64,000 bases of DNA from Chloroflexota bacterium (GCA_965243625.1 CBDEVI010000002.1:1839751-1903750), one strand, 5' to 3'; counted from the first letter of the stretch, positions 17,846-27,817 are shown. Numbers and translations: made by a program. The notes: generated by a model not told the origin, from the letters alone.

Positions 17846-20407
17846 ATGGCGCACAGCAACGGCAGCCAAAGCGTCACCGCCCGCGCGAGCGCGGTGCAGA
17901 CGGTGGCGATCGACGACACGGTTGAGGTCCCCGCCTACGACCGCGAGCGGATCGAAGACGTCGGGTTCATGACCGCCATGACGCTGGTGCTGCTGGGTAA
18001 CTACGCCCAGACCGGGCACTTCGGCGGGCCGCTGGCCTATACGCCGTACAACGTGGCGCTGCACCTGGGCGGACCCGAGAACGGCGCCCTGCGCTACGAC
18101 TACCGCCGGCCCAAGCACCCGTTCTGTGACCGCTTCATGCTGGCCGGGGGTCACAACATCCCCACGGCCTACGCCCTCTGGATGATCATGGGCGAGGCCA
18201 TGGCCCAGAAGCACGCCACGACGGGTGATGACCGCTACGCCGTCGACCCCAACGTGGGAATGCTGCCGATCGACGCGCTCGGGTTCCGCCGCGGACGCGG
18301 CGCCCTGGACACGCTGCTGCAGGACCACGGGCTCGAGGACCACCCGCTCTTCGCGCAGGCCAAGATCCGGGGGATTCGCTCGCTGGCCGGTCACTCCGAG
18401 ACCACCGACCTGACCAACGACGTCAACGGCGGACCGTCGGGCATCGGCGTCGCCACGGCGGCGGGCAAGGCGGCGTTTTGGGACTTCGTCGGCGCCGACG
18501 ACTCGCTCAAGGTGATCGCGCTCGAGGGCGAGTTCGCCATGACCGAGGGGCACGCGCAGGAGCTGAAGACCCAGGCGCTGGCGCAGCAGGTCGGCAAGCG
18601 GCTGCGCGTGCTGCTCTCCTATAACAACGCCGGCATCGACGATTCGCTCGTCGGCGGCGTCATCGATCCGTCGCTCACCCAGGGCTACGTGATCGAGGAC
18701 CAGTGGACGTCCTACGGCTGGAACGTGATCTCGCTGGAGGACGGCAACGACTACGACCAGGTCATGGCCGCCCTGCGGGCGATGGAAGAGTGGGACCCGA
18801 ACGACCGCCGCCCGATCATCGTCGTTGGGACGACGACCAAGGGTTGGTGGCCGGCCGCCGACAACGGCCACGTGCCCGGATTCGGCGACCAGCTCGTCGG
18901 GTATCACAGCCACCCCTACGAGCTGAAGATGAACGAGCCCTACTTCGTGGCGCTGGCCGAGACCTTCGAGCGGCGCTACGGCGTGGAGTTCGACGGCATC
19001 CGCGACGGCCCGGTGGCCGACGAACGCGAGCGGTTGATCCAGTTCAAGACCAACATCGACGTGGCGATGTCGGTGCTCAACCAGAACGGTTTGGGCGATT
19101 GGCTGGCGGACCGGCTGGTCGAGATTGGCGACTCGCTAAACGACGAGCTGCCGCTGCGCATCGACCCGACGACCAATCCATTCATGGACGAGCGGCTGTG
19201 CCCGGAGAACATTCCGCTTGAGCCGCAGTCAGTCGAGGTCACCAATGACCTGACCGGCGAGACGGCGACGGTGGACATCGAGCTGGCCAAAAAGCCGGGC
19301 GACGTTGCCGGCACCCGGCGCGCCATCTCCGAGCTGATCAAATGGGTCAACTACGTCACGGACAACCGCTTCATCACCCTCGCCGCCGACCTGTCCAGCT
19401 CGATCAACGTCGAGAAGGGCGCGCTGTGGGGGCACTACGACCCGGTGGACAACCCGTTGGGCACGCGCATGAAGGCGCCAATCGAGGAGGCCGGAAACGC
19501 CTCGTCGGCGATCGGGCTGGTGAGCCAGTCGGCGTCGCTCGATCCCGACCGGCACGCCGGCGTGTGGGCCCTGAGCGGCACCTACGGCGCATTCACGCCG
19601 CTGATGTATCTGCCGGCGCGCGTCTGGAGCCAGCAGAACCAGGACAGCCCGTTCCGGATGGGCGTGCTGCACATCCTGGCGGGACACTCCGGACCGGAAA
19701 CCGCCGCGGACGCGCGCACACACTTCGGCATATTCGCGCCGCAGGTGTGGAAGCTGTTCCCGCGCGACCAGGCCATCAACCTGAGCTTCTGGGACTACAA
19801 CGACGTGGCGCCGGGCTACTTCGCGGCGGCATCACTGGCGGCGCGCGATCCGAAGATTGGGCTCATCACCATCGAGGTGGCGCGGCCGGACTTCCCGGTG
19901 GCCGACCGCAACGGATTTGCCGACTCAGATCCGCTGGCGGCGGCCAAGGGGATGTATCTGATCCGCGACTGGGACGCCGGCAGCGAGCCGCAGGGCACGG
20001 TGTTCGTGCAAGGTTCGAACTCGACGGTCAACTTGATGCGCGTGCTGCCGCAGCTCGAAGCCGAGGGCGTGAACGTGCGGGTGATCGCCGTGGTGAGCGA
20101 AGAACTCTTCCAACGCCAGCCGCAGGACTATCGCGATCGCCTCATTCCGGCCGGAGCGCGCTATGACGCGATGGTGGTATCCACCGGCACGCGGCGCGTG
20201 CCGCCGGTGCGCGACCTGGGACCGCTGACCGACGAGTACTCGCTGTGGTCCGACTGGGACAACCAGTGGCTCACCGGCGGAACCGAGCCGGACGTGATCG
20301 CGGAGGCAAATCTCGACGCCGATTCGATTCACGCCGGCATCAAGCGGTTCGCCGCGGCCCGCTCCGAGCGGCTGGCGCGGCAGCGCGAGGTGTTGGCGGC
20401 GCTGTAG
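17846..20407 (+). CDS. TPP-dependent transketolase/phosphoketolase-superfamily enzyme, unusually long (~854 aa) and divergent
   Basis: N-terminal 'TGHFGGPLAYTPYN' (compare TK 'GHPG') and 'LEGEFAMTEGHAQE' (compare the TK 'GDGCxMEG' metal/TPP motif; here Asp→Glu and Cys→Phe). The length is closer to phosphoketolase (~800 aa) than to TktA (~660 aa). Confidence 0.65.
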   Translation: MAHSNGSQSVTARASAVQTVAIDDTVEVPAYDRERIEDVGFMTAMTLVLLGNYAQTGHFGGPLAYTPYNVALHLGGPENGALRYDYRRPKHPFCDRFMLAGGHNIPTAYALWMIMGEAMAQKHATTGDDRYAVDPNVGMLPIDALGFRRGRGALDTLLQDHGLEDHPLFAQAKIRGIRSLAGHSETTDLTNDVNGGPSGIGVATAAGKAAFWDFVGADDSLKVIALEGEFAMTEGHAQELKTQALAQQVGKRLRVLLSYNNAGIDDSLVGGVIDPSLTQGYVIEDQWTSYGWNVISLEDGNDYDQVMAALRAMEEWDPNDRRPIIVVGTTTKGWWPAADNGHVPGFGDQLVGYHSHPYELKMNEPYFVALAETFERRYGVEFDGIRDGPVADERERLIQFKTNIDVAMSVLNQNGLGDWLADRLVEIGDSLNDELPLRIDPTTNPFMDERLCPENIPLEPQSVEVTNDLTGETATVDIELAKKPGDVAGTRRAISELIKWVNYVTDNRFITLAADLSSSINVEKGALWGHYDPVDNPLGTRMKAPIEEAGNASSAIGLVSQSASLDPDRHAGVWALSGTYGAFTPLMYLPARVWSQQNQDSPFRMGVLHILAGHSGPETAADARTHFGIFAPQVWKLFPRDQAINLSFWDYNDVAPGYFAAASLAARDPKIGLITIEVARPDFPVADRNGFADSDPLAAAKGMYLIRDWDAGSEPQGTVFVQGSNSTVNLMRVLPQLEAEGVNVRVIAVVSEELFQRQPQDYRDRLIPAGARYDAMVVSTGTRRVPPVRDLGPLTDEYSLWSDWDNQWLTGGTEPDVIAEANLDADSIHAGIKRFAAARSERLARQREVLAAL

Positions 20408-20510
20408 CGCGGGACGGGCGGGCTCGACTGGTCCGGGGTCGACCCGACGGGACGCTCGGCGACTGGTCGAGGCGGGCGCCGTGGTGCATGCCATAGGCTC
20501 CGCCCTCCAT

Positions 20511-20534
20511 TTCCAATCAAAGTTCGAATTGGAA
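20511..20534 (+). promoter_or_regulatory. Inverted repeat TTCCAAT-N10-ATTGGAA (candidate operator) abutting the ppk2 promoter
   Basis: 'TTCCAATcaaagttcgaATTGGAA' has perfect 7-bp arms. Its centre contains TTCGAA. It sits immediately 5' of the -35 hexamer. Confidence 0.3.
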
Positions 20535-20535
20535 A

Positions 20536-20564
20536 TTGACGGGTGTGAGACGCGGAAATAGGGT
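20536..20564 (+). promoter_or_regulatory. Sigma70-like promoter (TTGACG-17 nt-TAGGGT) predicting a leaderless ppk2 mRNA
   Basis: TTGACG 20536-20541, 17-nt spacer, TAGGGT 20559-20564. The ATG at 20571 lies ~7 nt downstream, so there is no room for a Shine-Dalgarno sequence. Confidence 0.35.
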
Positions 20565-20570
20565 ATTCGC

Positions 20571-21464
20571 ATGGCAACCGCAACCGCAGTACGAGACGAC
20601 ACTGGTCTCCTGATTCCCACGAAAGGGATTCCCAAGGAGATCCTGCGGAAAGTGGAGCGCGCCGGGCGCCGCGAGATCATCAGCGACTCCTACCCCTACG
20701 ACACCAAAATGGGTCGGCGGGCGTACGAACGTCGGAAGGCCGCGCTCCAGGTCGAGCTGCTCAAGATGCAGAAGTGGGTCAAGGAAACCGGGCAGCGCGT
20801 CGTGCTGCTGTTCGAGGGGCGGGACGCCGCGGGCAAGGGCGGCACGATCAAGCGTTTCATGGAGCACCTCAACCCCCGTGGCGCCACGGTCGTTGCGCTG
20901 CCGGCGCCGTCCGAGCGGGAGCGCGGCCAGTGGTATTTCCAGCGCTACGTGCAGCACCTCCCATCCGAGGGAGAGATCGTGTTCTTCGACCGCTCCTGGT
21001 ACAACCGCGCGGTCGTTGAGCCGGTGATGGGCTTCTGCACGCCGGCAGAGACGGTGCGCTTCCTGCGGGACACCGTGTTGTTCGAGCAGATGCTGATCAG
21101 CGACGGCCTGCGGCTGTTCAAGTTCTGGTTCTCGGTGAGCCAGGAGGAGCAGCTCAGGCGCGTAATGTCTCGCGCCCAGGACAGCCTCAAGCAGTGGAAG
21201 CTGAGCCCCGTCGATAGGCGATCGCTGCCGCTGTGGGACGACTTCACCGAGGCGAAGAAGGTGATGTTCGCCGGCACCGATACGAAGGCCTCACCGTGGG
21301 TGGTGGTGAAGTCGGACGACAAGAAGCGCGCCCGGCTGAACTGCATGCGCTTCGTGCTGCGGAACCTGGAGTACGACCCCAACGTCGACCGGCGCGTTCC
21401 GAAGCCCGATCCCAAGCTGATCGGGCCCGCAAAGTCGCTCTACGCCAAGGACGAGGTCTGGTAG
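20571..21464 (+). CDS. ppk2: Polyphosphate kinase 2 (PPK2, polyphosphate:nucleotide phosphotransferase)
   Basis: Walker A 'FEGRDAAGKGGTIKR', Walker B/lid 'VFFDRSWYNRA' and '...ASPWVVVKSDDKKRARLN' are characteristic of single-domain PPK2. Confidence 0.85.
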   Translation: MATATAVRDDTGLLIPTKGIPKEILRKVERAGRREIISDSYPYDTKMGRRAYERRKAALQVELLKMQKWVKETGQRVVLLFEGRDAAGKGGTIKRFMEHLNPRGATVVALPAPSERERGQWYFQRYVQHLPSEGEIVFFDRSWYNRAVVEPVMGFCTPAETVRFLRDTVLFEQMLISDGLRLFKFWFSVSQEEQLRRVMSRAQDSLKQWKLSPVDRRSLPLWDDFTEAKKVMFAGTDTKASPWVVVKSDDKKRARLNCMRFVLRNLEYDPNVDRRVPKPDPKLIGPAKSLYAKDEVW

Positions 21465-21571
21465 CTCACGCTTGGGCGGCGTAACCGGCGGCACATTCCA
21501 GTCGGAACCATCGCCCCGCGCCCACGGGACACTCTGCCCGAGCGGCTCATCGAGGTAGTCTCCCAGGCGCG

Positions 21572-22474
21572 CTAGCCAGGCTCGGGAAACGTCAGGCTCA
21601 AGCCGTCGGCGCCGCCGATGACGCAGCCGTCGAAGACCTGCTTCGCCTCCTTCACCATCGCCTTCATATACGCCGGGTCGTCGGCTTCGGTCATGACGTG
21701 CACCAGCACCAGACGCTGGACGCCGGCGGCGGCCGCGATCTCGCCGGCGCCGCGGGCCGTGGTGCAGGCGGCGTAGATGTCGGGCCACTGTTCGCGCGCG
21801 GCGTCAACCTCCATGGCCATGTGGACGAGCGTGTGGGCCCCGCGCGCCAGCTCGACGATTTCCGGCAAGGGGCGCGTGTCCCCAGAGATGACAATAGAGC
21901 CGCCCTCGGCGTCGAGCCGGTAGGCCAGTGAGGTGAGGTAGGGCTGGGCGTGCCGGGCATGCCCCACGCGAACCCTCCACCCTTCGGCTGAAACCGTGTC
22001 TCCGACGGCAAGCTCTCGAACGTCAATCCGCGGGCGCCGGCGCGGCATGACACCGCCGCGATTGCGGTAGGCCTGCAAGCTCATGGGATGGTTGGTGCGC
22101 GCGACGAGATCGGGGGCAAAGGCGCCGTCATGGCCGAAGAGTCGCTCCGTCATGCGCTCCAGCGGTCGCGGGCCAAAGACGGAGAGCTCGTCGCCGCGTC
22201 CGGCGCCCTGGTCCCAGCGCGACAGCGCGAAGTGCGCATAGTCGGTGGAGTGGTCGAAGTGCAGGTGGGTGAAGAACACATGGCCAATCGTGGCCAGGTC
22301 GATGCCCGCCGCCGCGAGGTTCCGCGTCGCCCCGGGTCCCAGGTCGAAGACCAGGCCGGCATCACCCACGCCGACGTACGTGGACGACCCACCGCGATGG
22401 GGTCGCGGGTCGGGCGTGCCGGTGCCGAGCAGCACCATTCGCAACGGCTGGCTCATGCGCCGGGCCTTTCGCAC
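21572..22474 (-). CDS. MBL-fold metallo-hydrolase (RNase Z/beta-lactamase-like)
   Basis: 'VFFTHLHFDHSTDY' (HxHxDH zinc motif) with additional downstream His/Asp residues. 300 aa; an alternative start is the Met at ~22456. Confidence 0.75.
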   Translation of the reverse strand: MRKARRMSQPLRMVLLGTGTPDPRPHRGGSSTYVGVGDAGLVFDLGPGATRNLAAAGIDLATIGHVFFTHLHFDHSTDYAHFALSRWDQGAGRGDELSVFGPRPLERMTERLFGHDGAFAPDLVARTNHPMSLQAYRNRGGVMPRRRPRIDVRELAVGDTVSAEGWRVRVGHARHAQPYLTSLAYRLDAEGGSIVISGDTRPLPEIVELARGAHTLVHMAMEVDAAREQWPDIYAACTTARGAGEIAAAAGVQRLVLVHVMTEADDPAYMKAMVKEAKQVFDGCVIGGADGLSLTFPEPG

Positions 22475-22488
22475 AATGCGGGCGGATT

Positions 22489-23661
22489 GTGAGCGCCGGA
22501 GGCACTGCCCGCGTGTCTGATTGGGATGTCATCGTAGTCGGCGTTGGCGCCATGGGCAGCGCCACGGCCTTCCACCTGGCGCGCCGGGGCGTGCGCGTGC
22601 TGGCGCTGGAGCAGTTCGACCTGGCGCACGACCAGGGGAGCTCCCACGGGTACACCCGCATCATGCGGCACGCGTACTACAACGCCCCTGGCTATGTGCC
22701 GCTAGTGCAGCGGGCCCAGACGTTGTGGCGCGAACTCGAGGGAGTCAGCGGCGAGACGCTGTTCATCCACACGGGCGGACTCTCGATGGGGCGCCCCGAT
22801 GCGCTCGTGGTGCGCGGCGCGCTGCTGGCCGCCGAGCGGTTCGGGCTGGAGCACGACGTGCTGGATCCCGCCGAGGTTCAGCAGCGGTATCCCGCGATTC
22901 GGCTCTCCGAGGACATGATCGGCGTGCACGATCCGTCGGCTGGGTTCTTGCTCCCGGAGCGGGCGATTCTGGCGCACGCCGCGGCGGCTCGCTCGCACGG
23001 AGCGGAGGTTCGGACGCAGGAAGCCATCACCGGCTGGGAGGCCACAACGGACGGCGTGGAGGTCCAAACCGAGCACCACGTCTACAGGGCGCAGCGGCTG
23101 GTGCTGACGGCCGGAGCGTGGATGAAGGAATTGCTGGCGGATCTCCGCCTGCCGCTGGAAGTGACCCGCCAGGTGGTGGGATGGTTCGAGCCGGACGAAC
23201 CGGCGCTCTGCGAGCCGGACCGTCTGCCGGTGTGGCTGCTGCAGCCGCCGGGCGACGAGGAGTATTTCTACGGCCTGCCGCGATACGGTCCACCCGGGCT
23301 CAAGCTCGGGCGCATGCACCACCTGCAGTCCGCGGTGACGCCGGCAGCGCTTCAGCGTTCGACGGACGATGCCGACGAGGCGCTCTTGCGAACCTGCCTG
23401 GCGCCCTACTTTCCGGGCGCCAACGGCCGTGCGCTGGAGCTGATGACCTGCATGTTCACCAGCACCCCGGACGGCCACTTCATCATGGATGCGCATCCAC
23501 GACACCCCAACGTCACCGTGGTTTCGGCTTGTTCGGGGCACGGGTTCAAGTTTGCCTCGGTGGTTGGCGAAATCGCGGCTGAACTGGCATTGGACGGAGA
23601 GTCCCAACATGACATCGAGATGTTCCGCCTCGACCGCTTCGAGACCGGCGCGACCGGATAG
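22489..23661 (+). CDS. FAD-dependent oxidoreductase, monomeric sarcosine oxidase / N-methyltryptophan oxidase (MTOX/SolA)-like
   Basis: 'DVIVVGVGAMGSATAFHLARRGVRVLALEQ' (GxGxxG Rossmann fold). Length (390 aa) and architecture fit the DAO/MSOX family. A C-terminal 'CSGHGFK' resembles the covalent-FAD Cys region. Confidence 0.7.
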   Translation: MSAGGTARVSDWDVIVVGVGAMGSATAFHLARRGVRVLALEQFDLAHDQGSSHGYTRIMRHAYYNAPGYVPLVQRAQTLWRELEGVSGETLFIHTGGLSMGRPDALVVRGALLAAERFGLEHDVLDPAEVQQRYPAIRLSEDMIGVHDPSAGFLLPERAILAHAAAARSHGAEVRTQEAITGWEATTDGVEVQTEHHVYRAQRLVLTAGAWMKELLADLRLPLEVTRQVVGWFEPDEPALCEPDRLPVWLLQPPGDEEYFYGLPRYGPPGLKLGRMHHLQSAVTPAALQRSTDDADEALLRTCLAPYFPGANGRALELMTCMFTSTPDGHFIMDAHPRHPNVTVVSACSGHGFKFASVVGEIAAELALDGESQHDIEMFRLDRFETGATG

Positions 23662-23664
23662 GGC

Positions 23665-25440
23665 CTAGATCGGCCACACGATCGGCACGACGATCAGCGA
23701 CGTGACGAGGATTAGCAGCGTCAACGGCGCGCCCACCTTCAGGAAGTCCACGAAGCGGTAACCGCCGGCGTTGTACACGAGCAGGTTGGCCTGGTGGCCG
23801 ATGGGTGTGAGAAAGGCCGTCGAGGCCGAAATGGCCACGATCATGAGGGCCGGCTGCGGGGCGATGCCCGCGCCGGCGGCGATTTCGAGCGCCAACGGGG
23901 CGATGAGCACCACGGCGGCGGCGTTGGACATCAGCTGCGTCAAGATCGCGGTGGCGACGAACAGACCGGCGAGCACGGCCAGCGGCCCAATGGGGCTCAC
24001 ATATTCCTCGGCCCACTCTGCGGCAAGATCGGCGAGCCCGGTGGACGTGATCGCGTCGCCCAGCGGGATGAGCGTGCCGATGAGCACGATCGTGCGCCAG
24101 TCCACGGCCGTGTAGAGCCGCTGATAGGGCAACACGCGGAAGAGCAGCATCAGAATGATGCCGGCAGCGGCCGTGACGGCAATCGGCGCGATGCCCGCGG
24201 CAGCCAACGCGACGACGGCTCCGAGAATGAGCACGGCCACGGCCATGTGCGGTCGAACGGCCGGCCGTGCCGGTCGACGACCGATCAGGATGAACTCGCG
24301 AGAGCGGGCGAATGTGTCGATGCGTTCGATCGGCACCCGGACCACCAGCACGTCGCCCGGCCGGATTCGAACCTCGCGGATGGGTCGCCCCAATCGCTGA
24401 CCCTGGCGCCAGATGCCGAGCACCATGCCGCCGTAGCGCCGTCGAAAGTTCATTTGCACGACCGTTTGGTGCGCAAATCTCAAGCCCGGCCCGGCGACGA
24501 GCTCGATCACGGCCGTTCCATCGCTCACCTTATCGAGGGAAGTTCCGGAGTGTTCACCGGCAAAGCGCAGGCGCTCGGATTGGGCAAAGCGGGTGACCTC
24601 CTCGAGCTCGCCTTCCACGATCAGCCGGTCGCCGGCATAGATCGCGTCCGACGATCCCGGGAATCTGTTGCGGACGCCGAGGTGGGTGATTTCGACCACG
24701 GCGATGCGGAAGCGCGGCCGCCAGCGAAGCTGCGACAGGGTGCGCCCCGCGAGATCCGAGTCGCCCGGCACCTCGAGCTCGACCATGAAGTCACGTCGCT
24801 GTTGGATTTCTTGTTCAACGTCCGCACCCTCGCGCGCGGGGATGAGCCGCGGCCCGGCAAGTAGGAGGTAGAGCAGCCCGACGGCCATGACCGCCAGGCC
24901 GGTCGGTGCGTAGTCGAACATGCCGAACGGCGTCTCGCCGGCCCGCGCGAGCGCGTCGCTGACGAGCAAGTTTGGCGGCGTGCCGATGAGGGTGACGAGC
25001 CCGCCGAGCAGGGAGCCGAATGAGACCGGGATGAGCAGCTTGGACGGAACGGTCTTTGCGCCGAGGGCGAGGGACGTTGCCGCGGGTATCAGGATCACGG
25101 TGGCGGCGATGTTGTTCATCACCGCCGACATCACGCCCACGATCAGCACCAGCAGCGCCATGCGGAGGCGCAGGCCGCCGCCGAGACGCGCGATGACGGC
25201 GGCGATGGCGGCCGGTACGCGGGCCTCGACGAGACCCGCGCTCAAGACGAACATGCCCGCCACCGTGATCACCGCGGGGCTGCTGAATCCGCTGAACACC
25301 CGGTCCGGCGTCACGAGGCCGGCGAAGGCCACCGCCAGCAACGCGAGTACGCCGACCAAATCCGGGCGCACCCGTTCGCTGGCGAAGAGCGCCAGGGCGC
25401 CGCCCAGCACGCCGATGAGGATCCAGGCGTCGGTGGTCAT
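23665..25440 (-). CDS. SLC13/DASS-family anion (di/tricarboxylate/sulfate) permease with two central TrkA-C (RCK_C) domains
   Basis: ~590 aa. N- and C-terminal multi-TM halves with 'SNAAAVVLIAPLA' and 'MNNIAATVILIP' (SLC13/CitT-like hairpins). Two internal soluble regions are TrkA-C-like ('IPAREGADVEQ...', 'GDVLVVRVP'). The start is at Met 'MTTDAW' (~25440); the track ORF extends to 25602. Confidence 0.75.
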   Translation of the reverse strand: MTTDAWILIGVLGGALALFASERVRPDLVGVLALLAVAFAGLVTPDRVFSGFSSPAVITVAGMFVLSAGLVEARVPAAIAAVIARLGGGLRLRMALLVLIVGVMSAVMNNIAATVILIPAATSLALGAKTVPSKLLIPVSFGSLLGGLVTLIGTPPNLLVSDALARAGETPFGMFDYAPTGLAVMAVGLLYLLLAGPRLIPAREGADVEQEIQQRRDFMVELEVPGDSDLAGRTLSQLRWRPRFRIAVVEITHLGVRNRFPGSSDAIYAGDRLIVEGELEEVTRFAQSERLRFAGEHSGTSLDKVSDGTAVIELVAGPGLRFAHQTVVQMNFRRRYGGMVLGIWRQGQRLGRPIREVRIRPGDVLVVRVPIERIDTFARSREFILIGRRPARPAVRPHMAVAVLILGAVVALAAAGIAPIAVTAAAGIILMLLFRVLPYQRLYTAVDWRTIVLIGTLIPLGDAITSTGLADLAAEWAEEYVSPIGPLAVLAGLFVATAILTQLMSNAAAVVLIAPLALEIAAGAGIAPQPALMIVAISASTAFLTPIGHQANLLVYNAGGYRFVDFLKVGAPLTLLILVTSLIVVPIVWPI

Positions 25441-25532
25441 CGCGCGTCCGCCGTCATCCCGTGCGCACGCAATGGGATAGGCTAAAGCCCGCGAATCGCG
25501 AACCGCCGCCGCGATCGGGAGGAGTGAGGGGA

Positions 25533-26648
25533 ATGGCCGAGAAAGGCGTAGCCGCCGCGTTCCTTGGTTTTCGCAAGCCCTTCGAGTTGCGCGAGTTTCC
25601 AATCCCGGACCCAGAGCCGGGCGCCGCGGTGGTCAAGATGAGCCTCGCAAACATCTGCGGATCGGACATGCACTACTGGCGGGGCGAGATGGACATGGTC
25701 AAGATGGGCCGGCCGATGCCGGCATGTCTGGGGCACGAAGGCACCGGCGAGATCTACCGCCTGGGAAACGGCGTGACGACCGACACGATGGGCGAGCCGC
25801 TCCAGGAAGGGGACCGGGTTCTCTTTTCATATCTATATCCCGACCTGCAATGCCCCACCTGCCTCAAGGGTCATACCTACGCTTGTCCCACCCGACAGCA
25901 CGATCGCATGGGTGGGCTGGAGGAGTGGCCGCATTTCCGGGGCACGTTTGCACAGTACTACTACCTGCACCCCAACCACACCATGTACAAGGTGCCCGAC
26001 CACCTCACCGACGACATGGTGGCGGGGCTCAACTGCGCGCTGGTGCAGGTGATTTCCGGTCTGCGGCGCGCCCGGCTGTCGTTCAACGAGACTGTGGCCA
26101 TCCAGGGCGCGGGCGGACTCGGCGTCTACGCAGCGGCGGTGGCCAAGGCGCACGGAGCCTCGAAGGTCATCGCGATCGACGGCGTGGATGAGCGCATCGA
26201 CCTGGTCCGCTCATTCGGCGCGGACGAGATCGTGGACTTGCGGGAGTTCGAGACGCCGGAGCAACGCGTGGATCGCGTGCGCGAGCTCACCGACGGGCTG
26301 GGCGCCGACGTGACCCTAGAGCTCGTGGGGCATCCGGGAGTGGTCTCCGAGGGTCTGCAGATGACGGCCCCGGGTGGGCGATACCTGGAGATCGGCAACA
26401 TCAACGTCGGTTGGCATACCGAGTTCGATCCGTCGTGGATCGTCTTTCGCAGCATCTCGATCATCGGCGTGGCGCACTACACGTCGCAGGACCTGCGGCA
26501 TGCCCTGGACTTCCTGACGGACAACGTGACGCGCTTGCCATTCGACCGGGTGCTGTCGCATCACTTCCCGCTGGCCGACATCAACGAAGCCTTCGCGCAG
26601 CAGGACTCCGGGCGGATCACGCGTAGCGCCCTGGTCCCGCACGGTTAG
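25533..26648 (+). CDS. Zinc-dependent alcohol dehydrogenase (MDR superfamily)
   Basis: 'CGSDMHYW' and 'GHEGTGE' (catalytic Zn), a 'CPTCLKGHTYAC' structural-Zn cluster and 'IQGAGGLGV' (NAD Rossmann fold). The start is at the Met of 'MAEKGV'. Confidence 0.8.
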   Translation: MAEKGVAAAFLGFRKPFELREFPIPDPEPGAAVVKMSLANICGSDMHYWRGEMDMVKMGRPMPACLGHEGTGEIYRLGNGVTTDTMGEPLQEGDRVLFSYLYPDLQCPTCLKGHTYACPTRQHDRMGGLEEWPHFRGTFAQYYYLHPNHTMYKVPDHLTDDMVAGLNCALVQVISGLRRARLSFNETVAIQGAGGLGVYAAAVAKAHGASKVIAIDGVDERIDLVRSFGADEIVDLREFETPEQRVDRVRELTDGLGADVTLELVGHPGVVSEGLQMTAPGGRYLEIGNINVGWHTEFDPSWIVFRSISIIGVAHYTSQDLRHALDFLTDNVTRLPFDRVLSHHFPLADINEAFAQQDSGRITRSALVPHG

Positions 26649-26713
26649 GAAAGCCGCGGTTCGCCTTAGCTAATATTCGGCATTAGCCAAGGCTTGCGCG
26701 TTAGGATGCGCGG

Positions 26714-27817
26714 ATGACGCCCGAAGCGCCGCCGATCGCGCTGCACTGCGAGGGCCTGAGCAAGAGCTTTGGCGCGGCCACCGCCGTGGACGACGCATCG
26801 TTTCACGTCAGGGCCGGATCCATCCTGGCGCTGCTGGGCCCGAGCGGGTGCGGCAAGACGACGACGCTGCGACTCATCGCCGGGCTGGACCGGCCTGACG
26901 CGGGAACCATCGTGCTGGGCGGCTCGGTCGTCCAGGGACCCGACGTGAGCGTGCCGCCGGAGCGCCGTCGGGTTGGCCTGGTGTTTCAGGACTATGCGCT
27001 GTTTCCGCACCTCGACGTGCAGGCGAACGTGGGATTCGGCTTGTCGCGGTGGAACGGACGTGCCGCCAGGGTTTCCGAGACGCTGGAGCTGGTGGGGCTC
27101 TCGGCGCTGGCGTCACGCATGCCACACGAGCTGTCCGGCGGGCAGCAGCAGCGCGTGGCCTTGGCCCGCGCGCTGGCGCCCAACCCGCGCGTGGTGCTGC
27201 TGGACGAGCCGTTCTCGAACCTCGACGCGGCGCTGCGCAACGACCTGCGGAACGACGTGCGCCGCGTGCTGCGTGAGTCCGGCACGACCGCCGTGTTCGT
27301 GACCCACGATCAAGAGGAGGCCCTGAGCCTGGCCGACCGAGTGGCCGTGATGATTGACGGCCGCGTGCTGCAGGTCGCGCCGCCGCACGAAATCTATCGC
27401 CAGCCCGTCGGTCGAGCCGTGGCCGACTTTATTGGCCAGTTCAACGTGATCGAGGCCGCGGGCATCGGTCGCGCGGTGGTGTGCGACCTCGGCACGGTGA
27501 CGATTTCGGAGCCGATGATCGGTACGGTCGATCTCTATGTGCGGCCGGAGGCGCTCCAAATCTCCGAGGACCCTAGCGGCCAGGGCGTGATCGAGTCGCG
27601 GCGATTCTTTGGGCACGACCAGCTCGTGCGTGTGCGATTCGACTCCGGCCTCATGGTCGAGTGCCGCGCGGGCCCGACGTTCCTGCCCCCGCCCGGGACG
27701 CGCGCGAGAGTGCAGCTCGACGGCGACGTGCTGGCGTTCCTGCGCGCGGGCGTGGCGCCGCGACGGCAACCCGGCGCGGCCTTCGCACCGCCCGCCGCCC
27801 GCGGACGCCCGGCCTAA
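26714..27817 (+). CDS. ABC transporter ATP-binding protein (PotA/FbpC/MalK-like, with C-terminal TOBE domain); no cognate permease nearby
   Basis: Walker A 'GPSGCGKTT', signature 'LSGGQQQRVALARAL', Walker B 'LLLDEPFSNLD' and a C-terminal beta-rich TOBE-like region. Confidence 0.8.
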   Translation: MTPEAPPIALHCEGLSKSFGAATAVDDASFHVRAGSILALLGPSGCGKTTTLRLIAGLDRPDAGTIVLGGSVVQGPDVSVPPERRRVGLVFQDYALFPHLDVQANVGFGLSRWNGRAARVSETLELVGLSALASRMPHELSGGQQQRVALARALAPNPRVVLLDEPFSNLDAALRNDLRNDVRRVLRESGTTAVFVTHDQEEALSLADRVAVMIDGRVLQVAPPHEIYRQPVGRAVADFIGQFNVIEAAGIGRAVVCDLGTVTISEPMIGTVDLYVRPEALQISEDPSGQGVIESRRFFGHDQLVRVRFDSGLMVECRAGPTFLPPPGTRARVQLDGDVLAFLRAGVAPRRQPGAAFAPPAARGRPA

